Below, one piece after another: positions 38,321 to 47,918 of a stretch of DNA of 64,000 nucleotides. Numbering within the stretch: position 1 is the first letter of the stretch; every line of letters begins with the position of its first letter. The DNA is from Bacteroidales bacterium (GTDB lineage: Bacteria; Bacteroidota; Bacteroidia; Bacteroidales; UBA12077): NCBI GenBank assembly GCA_036351015.1, contig JAZBOG010000020.1, positions 1,305 to 65,304 on the forward strand, in the 5' to 3' direction. A program made the translations under genes and the position numbers. The notes beneath the pieces are model-generated. The model had not been told where the DNA came from. It did no database searches and was given only the letters and a program-made list of their open reading frames with translations.

Positions 38321-38917
38321 CTATAATTTGCTTAAAATTTTCTGATGTATCTCCATCACCTGGGGCAATAACATTCGCTCATCATCATTATATATCGTAA
38401 AATCAGCTAACTTCATTCTTTTCTCATCACATAACTGATTTTTCATCCGGCTTAAAACATGTTCCCTGCTGATACCATCACGTTTCATTACCCGTTTTAT
38501 TCTATTCTCCTGTCGTGCATGAACATTTATAATATAATCCAGATCCAGGTATGCATTGCTTTCAAAAAGAATGGCAGCCTCTTCGATCACGTAGTTGGCC
38601 GTCTGTTTCTCGGCCCAGTTTAAAAAATATTCTCTTACCTTAGGATGTACAATCGAATTGACTTTATCCAGAGCCTTACTGTCATTGAAAATAATTTTGG
38701 CCAGCACATCTTTTTTCAGCTCGCCATGATGATAAATATCCTGCCCGAAAAGTTGTTTGATTTGTTTTGTTACCTCCTGGTCGGAAACATAAATTTCTTT
38801 TGCTTCAAGGTCGGCATGAAACACAGGAACTCCCAGATGCTTAAAAATTTCACAAACCAGGGTTTTTCCACTTCCTATGCCTCCGGTTACTCCAACTTTA
38901 ATCATTTTTCCGTTCAA
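38321..38917 (-). CDS. coaE: Dephospho-CoA kinase
   Basis: 198 aa. P-loop GVTGGIGSGKT and the CoaE layout. Confidence 0.9.
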   Translation of the reverse strand: MNGKMIKVGVTGGIGSGKTLVCEIFKHLGVPVFHADLEAKEIYVSDQEVTKQIKQLFGQDIYHHGELKKDVLAKIIFNDSKALDKVNSIVHPKVREYFLNWAEKQTANYVIEEAAILFESNAYLDLDYIINVHARQENRIKRVMKRDGISREHVLSRMKNQLCDEKRMKLADFTIYNDDERMLLPQVMEIHQKILSKL

Positions 38918-39905
38918 TTAAATATTCAACTGCCTGCGGATAAAATCTTAAGGACCTGATATACTCAGGAGAACCAGTAATTTTTACTTTTGCCTTATTA
39001 TCCGTAAAATTAATCTCATTAAAATCTACTTCAGCATCAAAGAATTGAGGTAAAACTTTATCATAATCGCTTAGGGCTACAAAATACGATACTGATATTT
39101 CGTTGGGAAAAGTTCTCAATACCAGGGAATCCGGAACATTTTTCACCTTTAACGGAATCTTCAGGCTTCCTTCGGTAAATTTTTCAATGGATATTGCTAT
39201 TTCAACTTCCTCGTCGGAATAATCCACCTGATCATACTTGTCAATGGCAATAGATTCCTTATAATCTTTGGTAAGATCTGGTAGTTCAATTTCCCGGGTA
39301 TATACCTGTTGAATCGTATCTATTATTGGATTGGCCCCGGAAATAATAATGCTGTCGGGATCTAGTTTGAGATCGCCTTTGATTAAATACTGAGAGGCTG
39401 GAATAGGTTTTACTTTTGAAATTACCGGTACTTTTTTATGAATTCGATCGGCAAAATCAAAGAACAGGGTATCGGGCTGGATAGTAATAATTTTCAGTTC
39501 AGAGCTTAACTGTTGCTCAATTTTATCCGACAGATTTCTGGTCAATGCATAAAATTTCACATAATCCTTTCTCGAATACAATCGCATGGTAATGGTATTT
39601 ACATCAATAACAAACGGAAGAAATTTGTTACTAATTTTATACTCAAGAAGTTTATATCCATACCCCTTAACCCGGATATCAAATTGCCGGGGCAATTCAT
39701 TCACTAAAATTTTATCCTTGGGAAAACTGGTATATCTTACCGGTAAAGTAACCTCTGTTTCATATTCCTGTTCCAGTTGGTTTAAAAACCAAAATATGGT
39801 TGAAATAAAAACAAATATCAAAAACACAATGATCCTTTTGTCAGATTTAAAATTCCGTCTGGCAAAAAAATTCTTGATATTATCTTCGATATTTTTGGCT
39901 ACCAC
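38898..39905 (-). CDS. YbbR-like (CdaR-type) domain protein, membrane-anchored
   Basis: 335 aa with an N-terminal TM segment and repeated beta-rich modules. Sits between yajC and coaE, as in other Bacteroidota. Overlaps coaE by 20 nt. Confidence 0.5.
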   Translation of the reverse strand: MVAKNIEDNIKNFFARRNFKSDKRIIVFLIFVFISTIFWFLNQLEQEYETEVTLPVRYTSFPKDKILVNELPRQFDIRVKGYGYKLLEYKISNKFLPFVIDVNTITMRLYSRKDYVKFYALTRNLSDKIEQQLSSELKIITIQPDTLFFDFADRIHKKVPVISKVKPIPASQYLIKGDLKLDPDSIIISGANPIIDTIQQVYTREIELPDLTKDYKESIAIDKYDQVDYSDEEVEIAISIEKFTEGSLKIPLKVKNVPDSLVLRTFPNEISVSYFVALSDYDKVLPQFFDAEVDFNEINFTDNKAKVKITGSPEYIRSLRFYPQAVEYLIERKND

Positions 39906-39965
39906 AAGCTATAAAAATAAAAAGCGTCTAAGAATCAACACCTTAAACGCTTAATTTAGCATCAT

Positions 39966-40295
39966 TTATTTTGCTGAATTAATATCTGTTGAATCTTTTA
40001 GAATCGCACTTTTATCGATTTTAATTTTAACATTATTATCAATCTCAACAATAACGTATTGATCTTTAATGCCATCAACTCTTCCATAAATTCCACCGGT
40101 AGTTACCACTTTGTCCCCTTTTTGGAGTGACTCCCTGTATTTTTTCAATTCTTTCTGACGCTTCATCTGAGGCCGGATCATAAAGAAATAAAAAATTACA
40201 ATGATTAGCAATAAAGGTAAAAAAGAGGCTAAAGGGCTTTGTCCTTCAGCAGGCTGTCCCATCCATAATAATACATTCAATAAATTGTTCATCAT
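39966..40295 (-). CDS. yajC: Preprotein translocase subunit YajC
   Basis: 109 aa. FYFFMIRPQMKRQKE...LQKGDKVVTTGGIYGRV signature. Confidence 0.9.
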   Translation of the reverse strand: MMNNLLNVLLWMGQPAEGQSPLASFLPLLLIIVIFYFFMIRPQMKRQKELKKYRESLQKGDKVVTTGGIYGRVDGIKDQYVIVEIDNNVKIKIDKSAILKDSTDINSAK

Positions 40296-40320
40296 TTTTA
40301 ATTTTAATTAAGATTTATAA

Positions 40321-40749
40321 TTATTTTTTTACAACATTCGCCCGAATAGCCAGGGTATGATCTCCCTGGTGGGTATTCATTTTTAGAATAATATTTTTGT
40401 ATTGTACCCCAAGCCTTCCTGTACTGTCAAAAATAACTTCTACCGAACCATACTGGTCGGACGGTACTGCCTGCCTGGTATAATTGGCAACAGTACATCC
40501 GCAGGTTGAGTAGGCATCGGCAACCACCAGGTCAGATGCTCCTGTATTTTTAAACCGGAAAGTGTATGCAACCTGTTCTCCCTGGATCATGTTCCCAAAG
40601 TTATAATACATCGTATCAAATTTAACCGTTGTTAGTTGATCTCCGGGGGATACAACAATCTTTTTCTCCTTTTGGTTTTTCAAAGAACATGCTGCCAAAA
40701 AAAATAAAACAATCCATAAACAATTCTTTCCAATTATTTTACTTTTCAT
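40321..40749 (-). CDS. DUF1573 domain lipoprotein
   Basis: 142 aa. Lipobox LAACS and the hallmark FRFKNTGASDLVV...STCGCT. Confidence 0.75.
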   Translation of the reverse strand: MKSKIIGKNCLWIVLFFLAACSLKNQKEKKIVVSPGDQLTTVKFDTMYYNFGNMIQGEQVAYTFRFKNTGASDLVVADAYSTCGCTVANYTRQAVPSDQYGSVEVIFDSTGRLGVQYKNIILKMNTHQGDHTLAIRANVVKK

Positions 40750-40861
40750 ATGGCCTGTATATTTGCATTACAAAGTAATAATTATTTTTGGAAACCATCA
40801 AGAAATATTAAACAGACGTATTTTTAAAGTTTATCTTCTTTATAATTTATAAATGAGACTG

Positions 40862-41812
40862 CTAAATTTCACCAATCAATCCCCGTCCTGTTTTCTTAAT
40901 CCTTCCGTCTTCTTTTAAGTCAGCAACCATTTTATCCAGAACACCATTTATAAACACATTGCTTTTTTGAGTACTATAGAATTTAGCAATTTCAATATAT
41001 TCATCCAGGGTGACCTTTACGGGGATTTCATTAAACTCAATCAATTCAGCAACAGCTAATTGCATAACAACAATATCGGTAAACGCAACACGTTCAATAT
41101 CCCAGTTTTTAATATAATCGGCAATAAGCTGCTGATACTCCTGGTGGTTGATAATCGTTTTACGAAACAGGCGTTTGGCAAAATCCCTGTCTTCCTCATT
41201 TTTAAACAATTGCATCAGTTGTTCGGACTCGCCGGTCGAAGCTTTGAAGTTTTTCAGTGTCCTGATGATCATGCCCACAACAAACTCCAGGTCATCATTC
41301 CAATAAATGCTTTGTTCTTCCAGATTCTGATGCAAGGGTTCGTGGAGAATAATAATTTTTGCATAAAGATCTATAATAAACTTTTTATCTTCCTTGTACG
41401 AACGCTCTTCGACATTCATATAATTCTGATAAATTTCGGAATCTTTAATCTCCAGAAATAAATTCTTGATTAACTCGGGATACTTTGACCAGCTCAATTT
41501 ACTATCATTTAGATATTTCCTGAGCGACTGGTTTTGTTCCAGTTGTTTTACAAGCTTATTATCCACAAATTTCGTATTGGGATTTAGATCTTCGTAGGTG
41601 GGCACGAGCTTTTGGGCAGCCAGATCTATTCTTGACCGGGCATATTTTACAAGATCAACAACCAATAATAATAAATAATGATATAAATCGTAAGATTTTT
41701 GGATACTAAAAAACAACTCTTTTTCTGCCTGACCTAAAGTTTTCCCCTGTGACTTCAGATAAGCGTAACAAATCTGAAGAATTTTTATGCGTAGTAATCG
41801 TCGGCTAATCAT
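40862..41812 (-). CDS. nusB: Transcription antitermination factor NusB (long Bacteroidota form)
   Basis: 316 aa. ISRRLLRIKILQICYAY at the N-terminus and a NusB core in the C-terminal half (ERVAFTDIVVMQLAVAEL..., INGVLD). Confidence 0.8.
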   Translation of the reverse strand: MISRRLLRIKILQICYAYLKSQGKTLGQAEKELFFSIQKSYDLYHYLLLLVVDLVKYARSRIDLAAQKLVPTYEDLNPNTKFVDNKLVKQLEQNQSLRKYLNDSKLSWSKYPELIKNLFLEIKDSEIYQNYMNVEERSYKEDKKFIIDLYAKIIILHEPLHQNLEEQSIYWNDDLEFVVGMIIRTLKNFKASTGESEQLMQLFKNEEDRDFAKRLFRKTIINHQEYQQLIADYIKNWDIERVAFTDIVVMQLAVAELIEFNEIPVKVTLDEYIEIAKFYSTQKSNVFINGVLDKMVADLKEDGRIKKTGRGLIGEI

Positions 41813-42019
41813 TGGTAAAGAACTCCTTAATATTTTTTCTGGTTTTGAGACTGCAAAGTAAACGATTTTTTTTAAAACTGAAGGCAGGATTTTCCAAATA
41901 TTTACCCCGACTTAACGTTATCGGCCCTCTGATCAAAATCAACCATTGATTCAAAAGAAATAAAAAGAATGAATTATAAACAGGGATGTTGAAAACAGGA
42001 ATTCAAAAAAAATCTATTT

Positions 42020-42052
42020 TTTGATGTTTTAATAATAATTTTTTTACTTTTG
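42020..42052 (+). promoter_or_regulatory. Candidate Bacteroidota promoter (-33 TTTG / -7 TACTTTTG)
   Basis: TTTG at 42020-42023 and TACTTTTG at 42045-42052, separated by a 21-nt spacer. The -7 box is 38 nt upstream of the ATG at 42090. Confidence 0.35.
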
Positions 42053-42089
42053 GGTGTTGATTAATTTAAACCAACTAAATTATTAAAAG

Positions 42090-42509
42090 ATGGACGGATA
42101 CGACAAAAATGAAGAGTTAGAGAAAAACGAAAACAACAACGAATCAAACAACAACGGACGTGATGAGATTTTCTCTAAAGTTGTAAGAGCTGGGAAAAGA
42201 ACTTACTTTCTTGATGTAAAAACAACCCGAAGAAATGATTATTATCTTACCATCACAGAAAGTAAAAAAAGGTTTAATCGGGACGGAAGACATTATTTCG
42301 AAAAACACAAAGTTTTCTTATATAAAGAAGATTTTGACAAGTTTACCGAGAACCTTCAGGAAGTAATAGACTTTATAAAAAATGCAGTTCAAAATCAGGA
42401 AAATGAATCCTATGAACATGCTGAAGTAAACGCTGAAGTTGAAAACACCAAAAATGAAAATTACACTTCAGACGTTAATTTCGATGACCTGGGAGAAACC
42501 AAAGAATAA
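42090..42509 (+). CDS. PUR-alpha-like nucleic-acid-binding protein (DUF3276 family)
   Basis: 139 aa. Core VRAGKRTYFLDVKTTRRNDYYLTITESKKR...KHKVFLYKEDFDKF, with N/E-rich low-complexity ends. Confidence 0.7.
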   Translation: MDGYDKNEELEKNENNNESNNNGRDEIFSKVVRAGKRTYFLDVKTTRRNDYYLTITESKKRFNRDGRHYFEKHKVFLYKEDFDKFTENLQEVIDFIKNAVQNQENESYEHAEVNAEVENTKNENYTSDVNFDDLGETKE

Positions 42510-42537
42510 AAAAAAGCTGGCAATGCCAGCTTTTTTC
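42508..42537. terminator. Bidirectional rho-independent terminator
   Basis: A-run, then the AGCTGGCA/TGCCAGCT stem, then a T-run, between convergent genes. Confidence 0.65.
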
Positions 42538-42553
42538 ATTTTACCTCCTATCC

Positions 42554-42847
42554 TCAATCATATTTCTCCATCTTATCTTCGATGGTTACCATTCCGGTTT
42601 TTCGGTTCTGGATTTTCAAAAAAACCAACAATTCATCAGCTCCTTCCTTAAAGCACACTTCCTGGATTTTTTCTACAACTTCCATTATTTCCTGATAAGG
42701 TCCTTCAATCACCGTTTCAAAAGGACAAACCCGGTATCGCAGCCCCGAATCATGAATAACCTGGATCGCATCGTCAACCAATGCATAAATTTCTTTTCTT
42801 TGGGATTTTGGGATTACCTGCACGGCAACATTAACCTGGTGATTCAT
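42554..42847 (-). CDS. MTH1187/YkoF-like (DUF77) thiamine-binding-fold protein
   Basis: 97 aa. The N-terminal pattern VAVQVIP...and GLRYRVCPFETVIEG matches the family. Confidence 0.7.
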   Translation of the reverse strand: MNHQVNVAVQVIPKSQRKEIYALVDDAIQVIHDSGLRYRVCPFETVIEGPYQEIMEVVEKIQEVCFKEGADELLVFLKIQNRKTGMVTIEDKMEKYD

Positions 42848-42867
42848 TATTTTTAAATTTATCAGTT

Positions 42868-43593
42868 CTACAATCCTTTCTCTTTAAAAAATTTCTTAAT
42901 CTCAGAAAGATCTAATAGCTTAACATTGGTAATTAAATATTGATGATATAAAAAATCTCCAAATTGATTACATTCAGCAATAGCAGTCTTTATTACCTTA
43001 CCAATAGAAACTTCAACCGGGATTAGTGCAATTACAGAAGCATAATTCTCAACAAAAGAAATTTTTTCGAGCTGACAATTATTTTTTTCAAAAATATCTT
43101 CGAACTCATTTTGCACAATTTTCTTTTGAGTAGCAGAGAATACCGTTGCCGTTTTCTGTTTGCAGGCCAGGAAATAGCGTAACTTTTCACCTTTCCCGCC
43201 TAACCCCGTGGAGATGAAAACCTGGTTTTCATCAAGCAGGCTTGTCTCCAGACCAATCCGACAATGCTGAAGGGCCAGAACAGACCAGGAAGTTAATTCA
43301 CTATCCCCGGAATCTCTCATACGCTCGATAATCCGGTAAGCTTCAGGTTTATTAATACCGGAAAGCTCAGCTAATATTTTCTTCTTTTCTTCAAGATCCA
43401 AGGCAGGGTCAGAGAGCCTTTCGGCATCTGCAAATACAACCCGGTGATCTCTTGGATTCACAGTCAACTCATTAACCAGTTCAAAAAACTCAACCTGCAA
43501 ATTAACATCTACCTGTTCCTCCAGGATACTGAAATCACCTCCCATCTCTATTAAAATCTCTTTCAGCTTATGATAGATATTATCCTGCTCCAT
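42868..43593 (-). CDS. Hypothetical protein (241 aa)
   Basis: Clean ORF 20 nt upstream of the DUF77 gene. No recognisable motif. Confidence 0.5.
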   Translation of the reverse strand: MEQDNIYHKLKEILIEMGGDFSILEEQVDVNLQVEFFELVNELTVNPRDHRVVFADAERLSDPALDLEEKKKILAELSGINKPEAYRIIERMRDSGDSELTSWSVLALQHCRIGLETSLLDENQVFISTGLGGKGEKLRYFLACKQKTATVFSATQKKIVQNEFEDIFEKNNCQLEKISFVENYASVIALIPVEVSIGKVIKTAIAECNQFGDFLYHQYLITNVKLLDLSEIKKFFKEKGL

Positions 43594-43698
43594 TTTTTAA
43601 TCTTTTGTAGCAAACTTAAGTTTTTTTTAGCATTAAAACCGGTTTTCTCCATACTTTAATGCATGAAAACAACAAAAAGCTTATCCCAATTGTTAAAA

Positions 43699-43718
43699 AA
43701 TACCATCATTATGGTATT
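43699..43718. promoter_or_regulatory. Perfect 8-4-8 palindrome, candidate metalloregulator operator of feoAB
   Basis: AATACCAT-CATT-ATGGTATT. Sits 21 nt upstream of the -7 box, overlapping the expected -33 region, and about 65 nt upstream of the feoAB ATG. Confidence 0.45.
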
Positions 43719-43739
43719 GTTTGTTTAATGAGTTAACTA

Positions 43740-43747
43740 TATTTTTG
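43740..43747 (+). promoter_or_regulatory. -7 box TATTTTTG for feoAB
   Basis: Matches TAnnTTTG, 37 nt upstream of the ATG at 43784. Confidence 0.35.
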
Positions 43748-43783
43748 AAACCTTTAATAAAGGAAGGGAGACGATAAAATTCC

Positions 43784-46237
43784 ATGCGATTATCACAATT
43801 AAAAAATAGCGAGCAGGGTATCATTACCAAAGTAAGAGGCCGGGGTGCTTTCCGCAGGCGTATTACCGAAATGGGATTTGTCCGGGGGCAAATGGTAACC
43901 GTAATAAAAAACGCTCCTTTGAAAGATCCAATTCAATACAGTCTGATGGGTTATGAAGTCTCTCTTCGCCGAAGCGAAGCTTCATTGATTGAAGTCATTA
44001 CCGAAGAAGAAGCCAAACAACTTACCCACAAATCATTTAACGGGGTAATAACAGAAGAAGCCTTAAAAACCTCGGCCCGCAAAAAAGGAAAAGAGATACA
44101 GATTGCTTTGGTCGGGAATCCAAATTCCGGCAAAACCTCCCTGTTTAATTTTGCCTCCAAATCCAGGGAACATGTAGGAAATTACAGTGGAGTAACGGTA
44201 GATTCAAAGACCGCTCTATGCAAGATAGAAGATTATGTCCTAAACATCACTGACCTCCCCGGAACCTACTCTCTATCAGCCTACACTCCTGAAGAACTTT
44301 TCGTGCGTAAATTTATTCTGGGCGAACTTCCCGATGTGGTAATAAACGTCGTAGATGCTTCGAATCTCGAACGAAATCTATACCTTACCACCCAGTTAAT
44401 CGACATGGATATCAAAGTAGTCATTGCCCTAAACATGTATGATGAACTGAAGAAAAAAGGCGATGCTTTTGATTTTAAAGCATTGGGCAAAATGCTTGGA
44501 ATCCCCATTATACCTACTATCGGCTCCAAAGGTTTTGGGATTAAGGAATTGTTTGATAAAGTAATTGAAGTTTATGAGGACAAAGACCCAACGGTAAGAC
44601 ATATTCATATCAATTACGGAAAAGATGTTGAAAACTCCATTCGAAATATTCAGGATGAAATCTGGGAAAACAAACGATTAACAGATATTGTTTCCTCGAG
44701 GTTTTATGCGATCAAACTGCTTGAAAAAGATGAAGCTGCGAATTTTTCGCTTTCCAAGTGGGACAATTATACGATCATCAAACAAAAAACCGAGAAGGAG
44801 ATCCAGAAACTGGAGTTGTTGTTAAATGACGATATTGAAACCATCCTGACCGATGCCAAATATGGTTTCATTACCGGGGCTTTAAAAGAAACCTATGAAG
44901 GGAACATCGAGTCGAGAAGAAAAAACACCGACCGGATAGACAAATTCCTTACACACAAATACTTAGGATTTCCTATTTTCATCTTCTTTCTCTGGGTGAT
45001 GTTTTTTTCTACCTTTAAATTAGGCCAGTACCCGATGGAGTGGATTGATGCGTTGATCGGATTTATAGGAAACGGTATAGATCGTCTAATGTCTGAAGGC
45101 CCGCTAAAAGATCTGATTATTGACGGGGTAATCGGAGGTGTTGGAGGAGTCATTGTTTTTCTGCCCAACATTTTAATTTTGTTTTTCTTTATCTCTGTGA
45201 TGGAAGATACGGGATATATGGCCCGGGCAGCTTTCATTATGGATAAAATTATGCACCAGATCGGGCTTCACGGCAGATCTTTTATCCCACTGATCATGGG
45301 CTTTGGATGTAATGTGCCGGCCATTATGTCGGCAAGAACCATAGAAAACCCACAAAACAGGCTCTTAACAATACTGATCAATCCCTTTATGTCATGCAGT
45401 GCAAGACTTCCGGTATATGTATTAATTATTTCTGCATTTTTCCCTGCTTATCCCGGCACCGTGCTCTTTTCCATCTATATGATTGGAATTATCGTTGCGG
45501 CCCTGGTGGCCATTCTCTTTAAAAAGACAATCTTCAAGTCCAAAGAGGTTCCTTTTGTAATGGAGTTGCCACCCTATAGAATACCTACAGTTCGCAATAC
45601 ATTTAGACATATGTGGTCCAAGGGTTCACAATACCTAAAAAAAATGGGAGGCGTGATATTAGTTGCTTCAATCATCATCTGGGCACTGGGATATTACCCA
45701 AGAGATATTAAATACTCTGTAGATTATGACCACAAAATTGAACAGATAGCCGGAACAACCCCTGCAGATCAAAACGCCATACAGCTCCTTGAAAACCAAA
45801 AAAATGCTGAACGACAGGAAAAATCATACATTGGACAAATCGGTAAATTTATTGAACCGGTTATGCGTCCCCTGGGTTTCGACTGGAAAATGAGTATTAG
45901 TATCTTATCCGGGGTCCCGGGCAAAGAAATTGTAGTAAGTACCATGGGAGTTCTCTACCAGGCCGAAGAAAACGGATCAGATGTTCACGAAAACCTGGTT
46001 CAACGGCTTCAAAACGAAAAAGATGAAAAGGGCAATAAGGTGTTTACCCCGCTTATTGCTTATACCTTTTTATTATTTATCTTATTATATTTTCCCTGCA
46101 TTGCATCTATCATTGCAATAAACAAAGAAGCAGGACACTGGAAGTGGGGTCTTTTCTCCATATTCTATACCACCTCTTTAGCATGGGTTATTTCATTCCT
46201 GGTTTATCAAACCGGAACATTCATCTCAAATTTATAA
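43784..46237 (+). CDS. feoB: Ferrous iron transporter, FeoA-FeoB fusion
   Basis: 817 aa. N-terminal FeoA SH3-like domain (GIITKVRGRGAFRRRITEMGFVRGQ), G-domain GNPNSGKTSLFN / DLPGTYS / NMYD, and a polytopic C-terminal permease. Confidence 0.9.
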   Translation: MRLSQLKNSEQGIITKVRGRGAFRRRITEMGFVRGQMVTVIKNAPLKDPIQYSLMGYEVSLRRSEASLIEVITEEEAKQLTHKSFNGVITEEALKTSARKKGKEIQIALVGNPNSGKTSLFNFASKSREHVGNYSGVTVDSKTALCKIEDYVLNITDLPGTYSLSAYTPEELFVRKFILGELPDVVINVVDASNLERNLYLTTQLIDMDIKVVIALNMYDELKKKGDAFDFKALGKMLGIPIIPTIGSKGFGIKELFDKVIEVYEDKDPTVRHIHINYGKDVENSIRNIQDEIWENKRLTDIVSSRFYAIKLLEKDEAANFSLSKWDNYTIIKQKTEKEIQKLELLLNDDIETILTDAKYGFITGALKETYEGNIESRRKNTDRIDKFLTHKYLGFPIFIFFLWVMFFSTFKLGQYPMEWIDALIGFIGNGIDRLMSEGPLKDLIIDGVIGGVGGVIVFLPNILILFFFISVMEDTGYMARAAFIMDKIMHQIGLHGRSFIPLIMGFGCNVPAIMSARTIENPQNRLLTILINPFMSCSARLPVYVLIISAFFPAYPGTVLFSIYMIGIIVAALVAILFKKTIFKSKEVPFVMELPPYRIPTVRNTFRHMWSKGSQYLKKMGGVILVASIIIWALGYYPRDIKYSVDYDHKIEQIAGTTPADQNAIQLLENQKNAERQEKSYIGQIGKFIEPVMRPLGFDWKMSISILSGVPGKEIVVSTMGVLYQAEENGSDVHENLVQRLQNEKDEKGNKVFTPLIAYTFLLFILLYFPCIASIIAINKEAGHWKWGLFSIFYTTSLAWVISFLVYQTGTFISNL

Positions 46238-46241
46238 AGCG

Positions 46242-46409
46242 ATGCTTCAAGAAATTATGGTCTATATTATTCTTATCTTATCGGTTGTCTATTCGGCAAT
46301 CCAGGCTTACTCCTTCTTCAAAAACAATAGAAAATCGGGATGCCATTGCTCGGGATGTAATATGAATCCAGAGATCTCCCATATTAAGTCTCTGCTTAAA
46401 AATAAATAA
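46242..46409 (+). CDS. FeoB-associated Cys-rich small membrane protein (55 aa, absent from the ORF track)
   Basis: My translation is MLQEIMVYIILILSVVYSAIQAYSFFKNNRKSGCHCSGCNMNPEISHIKSLLKNK. It has one TM helix followed by a CxCxxC cluster, and starts 4 nt after the feoB stop. Confidence 0.65.
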   Translation: MLQEIMVYIILILSVVYSAIQAYSFFKNNRKSGCHCSGCNMNPEISHIKSLLKNK

Positions 46410-46480
46410 GAATAATCAACATTTTCTATTTAAGAATAAAATTATATTATTATTTTTATCTATCATTAAATGAACTATCC

Positions 46481-46957
46481 ATGGATTGGTTATTATTAGT
46501 TATAGCAATACTGTTAATTATTTTAGGATTATTAGGATGTATTTTACCGGTTATCCCCGGTCCTCCTCTTAGTTTTCTGGGGTTACTGATTGTCCATTTT
46601 ACCGATTTTGCTGATTTTACTACAAATTTTCTATGGATTGCAGCATTCATAGCGATTGTAGTTACGGTACTTGACTATGTTGTACCCATTTGGGGGACCA
46701 GGCGTTTTGGGGGGACCAAAGCAGGAATGTGGGGGGCCGGCATCGGGATGGTTGTTGGTATGATCTTTTTAGGTCCCCTGGGATTAATCCTGGGCCCACT
46801 GGCAGGAGCAATCATCGGAGAATCGTTGCAAGGAGCCAATAATAAAGATGCCTTCAGAGCCGGGCTGGGCGCATTTATAGGTTTCTTAACCGGGGTTGGC
46901 CTAAAACTTGCTGCATCCATTTATATTACCTGGCATTTTGTTAAAGGTTTAGTTTAA
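46481..46957 (+). CDS. DUF456-family membrane protein
   Basis: 158 aa. LLGCILPVIPGPPLSFLG hallmark, G-rich TM helices. Confidence 0.7.
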   Translation: MDWLLLVIAILLIILGLLGCILPVIPGPPLSFLGLLIVHFTDFADFTTNFLWIAAFIAIVVTVLDYVVPIWGTRRFGGTKAGMWGAGIGMVVGMIFLGPLGLILGPLAGAIIGESLQGANNKDAFRAGLGAFIGFLTGVGLKLAASIYITWHFVKGLV

Positions 46958-46975
46958 TCGATTGAAATTTTTTTT

Positions 46976-47866
46976 ATGAAAGATATTATTGTTCCCATAA
47001 ATTTTACCAGCGATTCGGAAAACTCCCTGGAAGAAGCTGTATTCTTGTCCAGACTTCTAAACAGCAAAATCCACTTAATCAATATTGTATCCCTGGGAGA
47101 CTGGTGGAATAATATGATTATCACCAAAGATACCCGGGAAAAACTTTACCAGTTATCGCTCGAAAATTTAAAAAAAACAGCTGCTTTACATCCTGAAGCA
47201 GATTTTGAAATTAAGGTTTTATTTGGCAAGGTACATGAACAGATTCTGGAGTATTCCGAATCAGTTCATGCTGAATTAATTATATTATGTGATAAACATA
47301 AAGAAGAAAAAGAAAATAAAATTCTGGGATCCATTGTTACGCATGTAATCACTGAGGCTAAGTGTCCGGTGATTACGATTAAAAATAAAATCGATACTGA
47401 CTTTAAAAATATTGTTGTTCCGGTGGATCTTGCCGAAGATGCAGACCGACAGGTTAATGCCGCATTAGCATTTAATCACTTTGCAAAAGCTAAATTACAT
47501 TTTGTTTCTGTGCTGTTTGGTGGTGCAGGAAACCGGAATATTCGTACCCGGAGAAAAGTAAAACAGATTGAAAAGAAATTAAAAAAGCACGAAGCAAATT
47601 ATACATTCAACCTGTTGAAGAAAAGAAAAACCTATGCTTACCAGGATATCTTAGAATACTCTAATGCTGTAAATTCTGATCTTATCATTATCATGACGCA
47701 TAAGGAGCGCTATTCATTTGATAACTATATTGGAGCTTTTGCCCACCGAATTATTAATTTTTCCCTGGCCCCGGTGATGACCATAACTTCCCAGGCGGTA
47801 AGGTCTGAGAAACAATCGGTGGTGAATAAGTTTGTTGACCCACTGGGAATCTTTAAACCAGAATAA
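46976..47866 (+). CDS. Tandem universal stress protein (UspA) domain protein
   Basis: 296 aa. Two Usp-like halves (IIVPINFT..., IVVPVDLA...) with the conserved C-terminal strand pattern (CPVITIK, APVMTIT). Confidence 0.7.
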   Translation: MKDIIVPINFTSDSENSLEEAVFLSRLLNSKIHLINIVSLGDWWNNMIITKDTREKLYQLSLENLKKTAALHPEADFEIKVLFGKVHEQILEYSESVHAELIILCDKHKEEKENKILGSIVTHVITEAKCPVITIKNKIDTDFKNIVVPVDLAEDADRQVNAALAFNHFAKAKLHFVSVLFGGAGNRNIRTRRKVKQIEKKLKKHEANYTFNLLKKRKTYAYQDILEYSNAVNSDLIIIMTHKERYSFDNYIGAFAHRIINFSLAPVMTITSQAVRSEKQSVVNKFVDPLGIFKPE

Positions 47867-47870
47867 AAAA

Positions 47871-47890
47871 GGGTGCCTTAGAAGGCACCC
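47871..47890 (-). terminator. Terminator after argF
   Basis: GGGTGCC-ttagaa-GGCACCC stem-loop, with a T-run on the minus strand. Confidence 0.6.
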
Positions 47891-47918
47891 TCCAGGTATA
47901 AATAAGCTCTTCGCCTTT

